Shown here in pieces: positions 40,606-53,200 of a stretch of 64,000 bases of DNA (the stretch's first letter is position 1; every line of letters begins with the position of its first letter). A program made the translations under genes and the position numbers. Source of the DNA: Flectonema sp. DT1601 (lineage: Eukaryota); the NCBI GenBank assembly GCA_964019425.1, contig OZ025791.1:1054001-1118000 (forward strand), in the 5' to 3' direction. The notes beneath the pieces were generated by a model. That model saw only the letters and a list, made by a program, of their open reading frames with translations. It made no database searches and had not been told where the DNA came from.

Positions 40606-43600
40606 TTAGATTATGACTGCCATTAAGACACTGGCGAATACTAAGAGGGTGCTGAACAACTGCGTGTGGGCCGATGATGGTGGCTGTTTTTTTTTATAGT
40701 TTTTTAAGAGGGGGGAAAAACTGTCAAAATAACACAATCATGTGGAAGACATACCAAAGTTCCAGGAGCTGAAGTCTTCGACTTGCCTTCAACACCCTTA
40801 CTAGCATTCTTGAGAGTGTCATCAGTCACTGTAGTGGAGGCCTTCATTGAACTGATGTCAACTTCTGCAGCAGATCCAAAAGTGTCAACAAAAACTTGAT
40901 TTGTGTTTGAGATGTCAAGAGTTCCATCAGCGACTGCTGTATCAAAACTATCAGCAGCATTACTTGTTTCTTCATCACTACCTGCTTGTAAATCGGAAGT
41001 CACCGAAAGGATTTCAGCCTCACCTGCCAATGTCTGAACACCTCTCGAACCAACTATCGGAGTTCCACATTTTGTCGCCATGTTTGTAAAGTAATCAATG
41101 GGCAGACCAGTTTGTTGTGATAAATCATCCCTTACTGCTGACAAGAGACTGGATGAACGGGAACCTCCCCAACTAGCACAGGAAGTTTTGAGAGCCACTT
41201 TGAGTTTCTTGGTTGCTATTCCCCGAGGAATCTCACAAGCCTGACCACTATCTGGTACTATCTTAGCGCCATCTGTTGCAGAAGAGGCACTGCAGGCTGA
41301 TGCTAAAGTTGATAAACCTGTTCTTAGATTACCAAGAAGTGATGCTCCTCCTACTATTGCTGCTTCTGAAATTAGAAGTTTATGCCATGAGTCCTTACAA
41401 CATCCGTACTTCTCAAATAATGTTCCAAATAGAGCAGCACAGGTAGCATCACAGGTGCCTTCTAATGCAAATGTTTGAAGGCACACATTATGATCACCTG
41501 AGTAGAGTTGATAAATCATATCACCGCAGAATATGTTTTCAACCGAAGCTGGTTTCAAACAAGACAATGAGACTCTATTCTGTAGCTGTTTCTTCTCAAT
41601 CAGAGTTGTCGCTAGGTTTGCTTTTGCCAACACTGATAGGTAGCATGGCTTAACAGAAGAGCCACAACTTCCACTTGCAGTGAGATCACCAGTTTGTTGA
41701 TCACGAGCAGAATCTAAAACTGAAAGGCAATATTGTTTTCCAACTTTGGTACAACTTGCTCTGAAATCATTGAATTGTTTAACAGCTCTCCTATATACTG
41801 CAGTACCTTCACCTGCAACAGCACTCTGACGAGAGCGTCTCAAGAATGAGAGAAGAAGTTTATTTGCTTCGTAGTTGCACCAGTGGCAGGCCCCAGCCAT
41901 CCATTCTGGTGTGTACTTGAACTGACAGCGATTATCAGTACCGTCAGATGATGGTCTTGCATTAGGGTAGAACTTGCATCCAATAGCTTCACAACTATTC
42001 TTGCAATCTAAAGTACATTGACCATTAACACATGTTTCATAACAAGGTGATGAACACTCATTTGGGTTCATTGTTGTAGTCACTACGACATCAGGGAATA
42101 TATAAGGAGCACAATACTCTCCTCCAGCTGGCTTACCACGGATATTCTTCTTACCAGTTGGGGGCGCTTGAACGCAGATTGCTTCAATAAAAAATGCGAC
42201 TTCAGCTTGATCTCCAACACAGCTTGCAAAGTTTGAAGTTTTTATCGCATTGCGACAAGCGGTAGTGGAACAGACTGATGTGACGTCTTCAATTTTGATT
42301 TTGAAATCAGATTGCCCAGGCGACGGTATCAACCCAGGACACGCATTAGTAACCAACCCAAGTGATAATCCACAAGGACCAGTTGGTACTGCTTTTATTA
42401 GTCTTGTCTTTACAGCTGCTACCTTGGCGCAGAACCCATTGAGCTTTGAGTATATTTTAGTTGCTGCATCACAAGTATTTCTCAGTGACACAATTGACTG
42501 TACTGTCCCAAGGTATGGAACGCAACTATCACAAAGGGAATTCGAATACAATGAAAGTGTTCCATCATCAAGGTACGAGAAATCATTATCGAGAAAGGAT
42601 TGTAAAGGCTGACCGCACAACGGATTTTGAACTGCATCTCTTATTGGCTGCAAACATGTGGTGTCTGCACCCCATGAAGTGCAGTGCTTAACTCTGGCAG
42701 CATTGATCTCAGGACACTGATCAATATATTTAATTATCGCCTCCCCAAGCTCAACCCATTCAGGAACATCACTACCTATCATTGTATTGACACGAGACTC
42801 TACAGCAGCTACACATTGTGTACAAACAGCGTTCTTTTCTTTTGGCAAGTCAACAAATTTTAAGCATGGCTTCCATGCGTCTGAAATGGTGAAGGCTTCT
42901 GCTGGACAATTACCGCAGGTTTCCGGACATGTGTCGCTAATTCGTTTGCAAGTGCGTTCTGTCTCTGCTGCTTCTCCGCACGTCATTCCCTTTAATTGAA
43001 TGGCGGTATTGTCATCTCGGCAAGTTGAGTCCGATTGGAGGGGCTTGAAGGTACGCTTTTGTGAACCGGCGTCCACCTCAGTCATAATAGCAGCAACGTC
43101 ACGCATTATTACTTCTGCACATCCTTGTGATGTTCTACAGACGTCAGTGAATGCTTCAAGGTTTTCTAACACATCAGGACAGAAATCATGTCCAGCTTCA
43201 GGACCCAGCACCGAATCAGTCCAACCAGTAGAACCTTCCCGAGCACGATGCCAGTTGAGCATTTCAGCGCAGAGACAGCTTTCAGGTTTCTTTGATTTAT
43301 CTCCGTTTAAATATTGATGCAGTGCTCTACATGATGCTTCTGTTGTTTGACCTCTGAATGAGGGAAGATCTCTGAGTCTGGCTATGTTCCCGATGACAAC
43401 CTTATGGCAGTCTTTACGAACGTTAAACAGTGCCTGGCGCTTTGTTTCTTCGTAAATTAGTTCTTGGATAGACTCGTCTTCGCAGATGTCGAGGAGCACC
43501 TCACCAAGTTCTTGTACCCAAATACATTGAGATCTCTGAATAAGTCTTACTGGTAGTCTGTTTAAACAACCAGCACACACGGATACAATCTTCCTTAAGA

Positions 43601-46600
43601 TATATAAATCGTCTTCTATTTCTTTCTCTTCCTCGCCTTCGGCTTCATCTTCACCCAGTTCGGCCAGCAGTACGAATGTCGACACGTGAGCTGAACACTT
43701 TGGATGAAGAGCTCTTAATGCATAACTTATACATTCTTTTTGATCATAAGGTTTACTTATACAACTAGCTAACATACAGTGCTGTTTCTCTCTACAGGTG
43801 GCATCATAAGTTGATTGCGCGTAATCATCGAATTCTTTAAAGACAGCCGGAGACATATCATTACATGTTGCGACCTTTCTAAACTCTTCAGCACATGATT
43901 GTCCTAAGTCATCTTCACAAGTTAGGTAAAGAATCTCAGGCTGAAGACATTTGAAGTATTCTATCTGACAGTTTTCACAACCTGCTGGGCAGTCCTTCTC
44001 AAGATCACCGCAATCCATGCAATTTGATATACAATTCTGTGCAGCTGGTGTTTTACAGTAAGCCTTCACTACGCAATGTGCCCACGGCTTGCAAGACATG
44101 CACACATCTCCGGTGCAATCGGTCGCGAGTTTTGTTGCGCATGCACCGCATTCATCTACGCACTCGCTGAGGGCATCACCTCCGTCTTCACAAGTTTCAT
44201 GAAAGCCCTGATTGTCTTCTGCAAAACACCATGCGATTGAAGAACAGAATAATCCGCAGTACTCGCAATCATCTTCTTCCTCACACTTCTGGCATTGTGA
44301 CTCGCAGTTGGAGCGGACTTCTGACAAGCAAACATCGGACTTCCCTCCATAACACTCTCCGCAGTCTTTGCACACATCACATCCTCGTTTTGAGCTGAGT
44401 GTACCTTTCTCCCAACAATAGTGACATCCGAGACAGGTTGCACATGTTTCACTTGTTGACATTGCATTGCATGCTCGAACATCAAAACAATTAGCGCAGT
44501 CAGCAGAGCAGTCGAATCCTTCGATCCCACACCTTCCGCACTGCTCAGAACACTTTCTTGACTGCTCAGATTTACATAATGAAACAACACAATGAATGCA
44601 TGGTGTGCACGTATTACATGACTCTCCTGACCACTGATCAAAACAGCTGTCGCGGCATTCACCACATGTTTTGCAGTCGCCATCTCCTTTGTAACCCTTA
44701 AAGGCGTCCTTATCTTTTTTATCATCCCAACAATGAGAAACCAATCCGCAAATATTACGACACCATTGACAGTTAGCAGTTGTTTCGTCTTCAGTTTCAC
44801 AAATAGCACAAACTTGCTCACACTTTCTTTTTACTTCACCTCCACACTCTGCCTGAGAACAGACGCTGCAACCCTCGTGACATGAGAGACCGTCACATAG
44901 TGGCTCAAGCCATGCTTCATCTTCTTTTTTGTTCTTTTTGGCACATTGACCGCAAAACGAACATTTCTTACATTCACCTCCGAGTTCTAAAAGAGAGTAG
45001 CAATGTTGATAAGGCAAGCAGGCACCACATTCCGATGAGCACTCTTTTCCATCCCATCCACACAATGGACAGTTTTTAAAGCACTCCATGGCAGTGTTTT
45101 CATGACATAAATTAGCCGTGCATGGTAAACAAGCAAAGTCTAATCTTTTTGGACCAGGTGAGGCTTCATCACTAACCCACACGGGACATATATCACAGTT
45201 TTCAGCTACAATTGGTTGTGTCCAGCAATGACTAATACCAAGGATGCAGTAATTATGACAAAATTGAGGACAGTCATCATTATCGCAGTCTTTACATGTT
45301 ATCTCACATTGATATTTAATATCAGAAAAACAGACACTTGCCAGACAAGCGTCACAGCCGTTACAACCTGAGCAATATTGTTCCTTTAGTGGATTATTTT
45401 CCATGGTGTCACAGAAAGAGCAGAGTGCGCACTGACCACAGCTGTTTTCTAAATATGAGAAACAGTTTGCGTACTGGTCACAGGGAGTGCAGTCTGCTGC
45501 ACAAGGGTTTTCAGGCCATCCGCAGTTGCCGCACTTTGAATAACATTCATTCGCCTCCGGTGAAGTGCAGTAATCTCGCGTGCATATGTAGCACTCAGAG
45601 TCATAGAAGTGATCCCAAGCTTTGCATGTTGAGCATTCTCGAAACTGAACAAAATCACCCTTACTGCTATCATCTCCCTTGTCATCATCGTCATCCCAAC
45701 AATGAGAGAGTGCAGGAAAACAATGGTTATGAAACCAGTCGCAATGATTCTCACATCTTGAGTACACCATTTCACAAACTTGTTTTTGCCCCTGACTGCA
45801 AATGTCACCAATGCATTTTTCGCATTCACCACAACCTTCACAAAAGCTCTTTTTGTGATGTTCTACTTCTTTCCAGTCATCTCCGCAAAACTGACACAGA
45901 GTACACTCCGGACAACCCTGTCGTATTGTTGGGTAGCAATTGCCGTACTTGTCACAAGGCCCACAGGCTTCCTCACATGATTCACCAGGTCCACAATCAG
46001 CACACTGATCGTAACATGATTTAGCTTCATCAGTTGAACAATATTCGCGAGAGCATATGTAACATTCTGGTTTGGTAAAGTGATCCCATGAACTACATTG
46101 TGAACAATCTGTTTCAAAACTACTAAATGAACTATCTGAGGAATCCCAACAGTTTCCCAAAGCAACACAATGGCTAGAACACCATCCCATACATTCAGGA
46201 GTTCGGCATGCTGGGCATGTCAATTCACATGACCGCTTTATGTCAGATGAGCAGACAGTGCTGGAACACTCTTTACAATTTTCGCAAGTTCTACAAAACT
46301 CTGTCGAGAAATCATCGCATGGTCCACAAAAGATGCACTCAGTACATTCATTTTCAATTGACGCAAAGCAATTTCCGTATTTCGCAGTGCAATCAACACA
46401 ACCAGAGTAACAATCGTCTCCAAAAGAACACGTCTTGCAGTTGTCGTAGCACTGCTTTGCTTCTTCAGAAGCACAGTGTTCACGTGCACACAGATAACAT
46501 TCTTGGAAGTGGAACATTTCTGTTATACCACATGTTGAGCAATCTGTGCGACTACTGAAGTCCCCGTAACTGGAATCAGAAACACTGGAATCAGAAACAC

Positions 46601-47660
46601 TACCATCCCAGCAGTGAGACATCGTTTTGCAGATTTCACACCACTCAGGACAGTCTTTGGAATCACATTTGCACATGCGATTGCATTGGTCTCCATAGTT
46701 CGTTTTACAAACATCTTTTAGTGCGCACCCTTTACATTCAGTACAACCTTCACAAAAGACATCTTGAAGCTCAGAATTGAACCAAATATCAGAACAGTAA
46801 GAACAGTAAACACATTGCGGACAGTTTACCTCTAAAAAAGGAAAGCAGTTTGCGTATTTATCAGTACAGGTGCAGTCACCAGTGCATGGTTTCCCTGGCC
46901 ACCCGCAGTCTGGGCAAGTCGCAAAGCAATCTTTCGCTTCTTGAGAATCACAGAAATTCCGCGCGCATAAAGAGCACTCTGGGTTGGTAAACATATCTTC
47001 TGAGGAGCAAGTGCTGCAGTCTTCACGCCAGCTTTCGAAGTCAGAGTTATCGTGAAAGGGATTAATGCGGTCTTTAGAATCACCGTCGTTATCACCCGAC
47101 GGCAGGATTGCAAAGGCAGAACTCGGATAGCAATGACTCATTGGATAACACCAACCAGTACACCATTGATCTTCACATGAATATGTATACATGCATTCAC
47201 AATGTTTCTCACACAGCTGCAGTATTTGTTTTCCATCAGAAGAACTACAAGTTGCATGAACACATTCAGCACAGGCAGCACAAGGCGCACAAGCTGCAAC
47301 ATCATAAAGGACACCATCATGATTTACACAATCATTGCATCCAGCACAGGATGTGCATGCGAAGTTGTCTGCAGCAGTAGCAAACGGAGAGCAATATTCC
47401 CTGTTTGAGCACTTCGAACAGGTTTCAGTACAAGTTGGTGATACTCCATCAGGTATACCACAAACATCATATTCACAATCACTGCATTCGGTTGCAACTT
47501 CTGCTGTGCAGAATAATGGAAAGCACGAAACGCATTCTTGACACGGCTTACAGGCGGGTTCAATTTCCATCCTTCCAATGCACGGAACACATCTCTCAGC
47601 GCAGATATCACATTGTGACGCTACTGTGTTCACAACTGCCAATAGCAGCAGCAGTCTCAT
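40606..47660 (-). CDS. Giant Cys-rich (CxxC repeat) surface protein with ShK-like module and C-terminal GPI signal; exons 47660-40755 and 40683-40606
   Basis: Signal peptide, ~7 Cys-rich units of ~140-160 aa ending SHCW-like, and CPETCGNC. Intron TTG|GTATGT...AAAACAG|CCA (40754-40684) adds PPSSAHTQLFSTLLVFASVLMAVII*. Confidence 0.85.
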
Positions 47661-48073
47661 CGTTAAGCTCTGTTAAAACTTTGATTGAGCTGATGAGAAA
47701 TGATTTGTTATTAAATTAATGAAACGTCTTAAACAATAAACAACTTCCTTGATTGATATTTTGCATCTGAATGAGAAATGAAAAAATAACTACGAAATTG
47801 ATAGAAGACACTTGGAGACATTATCAGCACAAGACGTGAAGCTTTCCCGTAACTTTCTTTTTTTTCCTTTTTTTGCGTTTGTAAAAGAAAATAGAAAAAA
47901 AAAATATATTTCCTTACATTAATTTTTTGATTATTTCGCTTTCATTAGGAAGACCGATCCGCTTATCTCGTAAACAAAGGCGATTTATCTTAACTAAGGC
48001 ATCAAAATCAAAAAAGAATGTATATATGAAAAGTAAGGCAAATTAAAAGAAAAGGTTTATCTTTTTTTTTTCA

Positions 48074-48094
48074 TACCGACGTAGTCGGAGAAGA
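48074..48094. repeat. 21-nt hairpin motif next to a poly(T) tract, copy 2
   Basis: Identical to 12241-12261. Confidence 0.8.
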
Positions 48095-50219
48095 TTCTGT
48101 CTGCGTTCAATGAGATATGGCTAATCTGAATATTTTTTTTTTCAGGGAAACTTTTGCGAGAAAACCCTGGCCAGTACTGACTACAATGTTGATGACTGTA
48201 TGAGAGGTTAGCCCGATAACGATGCCACAGTCGATCCTTCTAACAGGCAGGGGAACGGGAACATAAAACATCAAGGGTCCAAATCCCCAAAAAAGAGAAA
48301 AAACAAACCACGAAAGGTAAGCAACGTACCAAACTCCGATTTCTGGTAATATAAAGAAAATAAAATTTCTTAATCAGGTTACATACAATTATTATTACCG
48401 CAGGGCACAAATCAGAAAATCACTTGGGGGGACACGGGGAAAAGTGGAGAATCTATTTTTCTTTTTTTTTTTTTCCGTTTTCTTTATTCAAACATTCATT
48501 TTTTTTTTTTTTCCCAAACCCAAAAAAATTACCGGCAGTAGCACCTTTCCCACTGCCTCTTGACCTGATTGAGACATACAAGCATACAATAGTTGCATTG
48601 CATTTTTGGGAAATGAATGAATTTGAACTTTATTTTTTTTTTATTGTATTTTGGGAAAACTTCTAATTCCACCAAAATAGTTTCGCCAACTCCCAACAAA
48701 AGTTGTCCACCAGGGTTTGAACTTGACCCAAAAAACCCGGCTTGCAGCGGATTTTCTGTTCTGTGTGAGTTGAGTCGCAATCCGGAAAAACTTGGGCTGA
48801 TGGATGGCAGCATAACAAAGGCTTCCGAGTCACAAAACCTATGCGACAGGGCAAGCTTTTACGTGAGATTTCTGTTCTCGATGGTTCGATGCCTGACAAG
48901 AATTACCCAAATTTGAATGCTGTTTGAAGTAATGGTGAGTTTTAGTTGGAGGCCTTAATCTCACTAGTTAACTTCACAGCAACATTTTTGAGTGACTGAT
49001 CTCACGAGAAGGGTCTTGTGTTGATTTATTGCAACTGTAACACTGGTTTGGTCACATTTTCCATCAGTTCAAAAAAAGGGGGAAAACAGTGGTCAAATCA
49101 CCAGAGCTTTGAATTTCTTTTCTGTCATAGTGGCTTACGGGTGGTTAAAATATTTTTGTGATGAGTTGGCGATTCAAAAACCGTGTTTTGTGGAATTAAA
49201 AAATTTCCGTTCGTTTGTATGCAGTCGGTGTTTACTAAGTACAGATAAAATCTATGTATCGTCCAAATAGTTTACACGATGTTCGCACGCATTGCTTTAT
49301 AGAAATAGGAAGACAGATATTATCCTTTTCAGTAACCAAACAGTCGTCCTTTCGGATTATGTTTGATTATAGATAACACTACGTACCAACTACTCTCAAT
49401 TGGGACCTTTCAGGTATATGAACGACCGCAATTTTTTTTTTTTTTTTTTTTTTAATATAAATCTTTGCAGCTAACAATTTTTCTCAAAATCCCCCAATCA
49501 AGGGAAAGCCCCAACTAAAAATAATTCAAAAAAAGGAACAAAAAAAAAAAAAAAAAAAAAAAAAAAACTACTTACCGTTTGGCAAGTATTGTAAAGAGCA
49601 GCTGCTTCTTTTGGCTAAGAAAGAAGAGACATAAAGAAAGTAATTTGCAAGCAGACGAGCTACAGAATTCAACAAAGAAAAGTTGGAAGAAAGCACTTTG
49701 AAAGAAGAGACAAGGGCAAATCAAAACACGCGAGACTTCCTTTTCAGAAAGGATCGTTGTCTTCAGAGCATTGTCCGCGCAAAAAGCAGATCTTATATGA
49801 CTTGATAAAAAAAGTTGACATACTTTCAGTTCGAAAATCATCCAAAAATACCCAAATTTTTTATTTTTTTTTATTTTTTTTTGTTTCAGGTATAAAAAGG
49901 ACAATAATTGAGGATACCGACCTTTCAGTAAGCACCACAATTGCTAATTTTCGTTCACTTTTAAACAACCTGAATAGCAAGAATATGGGGGTGTATTTTT
50001 GACAATGTACCAAAATTGTCATCACAAGGTAAGGGAACAACTTTTCCACTCCTGAGCAACAAAGGCTGCACAAAAAGTTGATATTAGTACATATAGAATT
50101 AAAAATGTAAGACATAGCATCTTTCACACTTTTTTTTTATTAATTTCTTTCGATGGAACCGATCTAGGGTGCTATCATCAGATAGTAAATGAACAAATTC
50201 TACGTAGGTCACTGTCATT

Positions 50220-53200
50220 TTAAAATACGAGTGCCAAACAAGCAATGAGCAGTACAGCACTGTATACAAGAGTGCCCGACGCATCACCTCCAAGAACAGG
50301 TGCAATAGTCTGTGTTTGTTATTTAGAGAAATTACATAATACAAACCTATCTAATTCGGAAAAGATAAAACACATACAGGTACAGCAGTAGGTACAGCAG
50401 TTGGTACAGCAGTTGGTGGTGCTCCCGTAGGAACAAGAGTAGAAGGTGCAGCAGTAACGAGTGGGGAACTTCCCTTAATTGAGCTAACACTCTGAGTTCC
50501 CCTAAGATGTGATGCTGCATCTGTTTGCACTGTACGAGAAGTAACAGCTGTAACAATACTATTAGTATTCGATAAGTCAATTGATCCATCACTAGTAGCG
50601 GAATTGAAATTATTCGCAGCCTTGCGTGTTTCATCATCACTACTAGCTTTAAGAACAGCTGAGATTATTATTCCTAAATCAACAGGGGACTGCAGTTGAC
50701 TGAACTGTCTTGCGGTAGTCGGGCTGGTTGGGGAAGTACACTCGACCTTGCCAGCAGAGAGGTACTCAACAGGAATTCCAACTTGTTGAGAGATGTCAAA
50801 CATCGCTGCAGGTACTAACTTCGATGAATCCGACCACTCAGCGCACTTAGTAGTGAGAGATAACTTAACAGTGTGCTCCTGTTGTCCTCTAGGAACTGCA
50901 CAAGGCTGACTACCAGGTACTATCTTAGCTCCGTCAGTTGCAGAAGTTGCAGAGCACACTGTGGCCAGACCTGTGAGACCTGTTCTTAAGTTACCAAGAG
51001 ATTCACTTCCCGTAACCGCTGCAGCAGAAAGTAACGCCGCATGGTATGTGTCTTTACAACATCCGTATTCTTCCATCAGATTACCGAGTATGGTTGCGCA
51101 ATTCGCATCACAAGTACCAGCAGTTCTATAAGTTTCTAAACATTGTGATCCATTTCCCTTGGTAAGCTGCGTGTCTAAGTCACCACAATATTTCGGAGCG
51201 TCTCCAGTGGTGTTTAAGCAAGTGTACGCGATCTTATTTTGAAGTTGTTTTTTTTCAAAGTCTGATGCGTTTTGTGAGTGCTGAGACTTACTTAAGACTG
51301 ACAAGTAACATGGCTTCAACGATGTTTGACATGCAGTAGCTAAAATATATTCACCAGTTACAGTATCAAGTGCTGTATCCAACTTCGCGCAGAATTCAGT
51401 TCCAATCTTTGCACATGTTGTTCTGAATAAGGAATACTTGTCGAGGGCTTGTTCGTAACCAGCAGCAGATGGATCAGCTCTATGTAAGTATGATGATAAT
51501 AATTTATTTCCTTCGTATGAACACCAGTGACATGTCTTTGCCATTGAACTAGCAGACTTTGGTAATTGACAACGCTGATCAACTTCATTAAGTGGAACAG
51601 CACCTGAGTAAAAATTACAACCAACTGCTTCACAGTGTGATCTGCAATCCATCGTACACGTGCCTCCAGTGCAAGCATCACTGCATACTGATTGACAAGT
51701 CTCTTTATTTAAGAGATCATCAGCAACAATGTCTGGGAAGATATGTGGAGCACAGAATTCACCACCCGCTGCTTTCCCATGAATATTTGTTACACCAGTA
51801 GTAGGTGTCTTAAGACATATGGTCTCAATGTAGTAAGCAATAGCCGCATCAGCACCTGTACAAGAGGATAGGTCAGCATTGGATAAAGCATTCAAGCACG
51901 TTGATTTTGAACACACAGAAGTAACAACTCCCATATTAATACGGAAGTTATCCTGTCTAGCAGTTGGTAGTATTCCTGGACAGGCAGCGCTGACAGCTGT
52001 AAACGCCTGAGCGCATCCTCCTTGAGGGTCTGTAGCTATTCCTAATGGTTTGTTTACTTCAGAATTATAACAAAGACCCTTCAAGCTCGCTAATATATTA
52101 CCACCTGCAGCACATGTTCCCTTTAATGCGGTAACATCTGCCTGAGTGTTTAAGTGTTCAACACAAGTTGTACAGAGTGTAGTCGCGTGTGATATTTGTG
52201 TTGTTATGTCTAACGAAAGAAAATCCCTGCTGACGAATGACTCGAGAGCAGTACCACAATTGTTGTTCATAACCTGGTTTTGTATTGGAGTAATACAAGA
52301 TAGATCATCACCCCAAGACTCACAATGCTTAGATCTAGCAGCATCAATTTCAGGGCAGATGGACATGTAGGTGATGGCAGCAAGAGCAACGGGTGCTAAT
52401 TCTCCAGATAACATTGTTGCTAGTTCTGTTTCGATAGCATCGACGCAATTGGTGCAGAATGAGTCCTTTGAAGTTGGTAATCCACTCAAAAGTAAACATG
52501 ATCTCCATAAACCTGTTATACCACTGTCATCAACAACACACATTCCACATGTTCGTGGACAGACTGTCGATATCGTATCACAGTTATGAAGTTTCTCTAC
52601 CGCCTCTGAGCACGTCAACCCGTTGAGTAAGCTCGCAGTATTATCATCTTCGCAATCAGATTGAAGTGGTTTAATCTCAACATGTGATGGGGCTGGTTTT
52701 GGTGATAACACCGACAGCACAGCAGCAACATCATTTATAATTGGTTGAGCACACCCTCCAGAAGTCACACAAAGAGCAGAAAACGCATCTAAATTATCCA
52801 ACACCTGAGGACAGTAATTCTGTGACTGTGTGCCGATGATAGTATCAGTCCATCCAGTTGCCCCAGGCCCACTACGATGCCAGATGAGCATATCAACACA
52901 AAGACAGATATCAGCAACACTATTACTTTCATCATTCAGAAATCTATCGAAGGCTTCACATGAAGTCTTTGTTTCTTGTCCTCTAAAATGCGGTAGTGTC
53001 TCTGACTCAGAAATGTTTTTGAGAGCCGTCGTGTAGCAGTCAACTTTAACTTGTGCAGCAGCCTGAGTCTTCTGGTACTCAGCAGCCAGATAACGCATGT
53101 CGTCAGTAGCGCATAATTCCTTGAGAGCGCTTCCAAGTGTGTTCATCCAGATGCAAGTAGAGTTGTCAATTTCTGACTTTGGTGTGACAAGGAAACAGTC

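Noticed and set aside
44156..47719. Many overlapping alternative-frame and antisense ORFs of up to 228 aa
   Set aside because: Expected by-products of Cys-codon-rich repetitive coding sequence.
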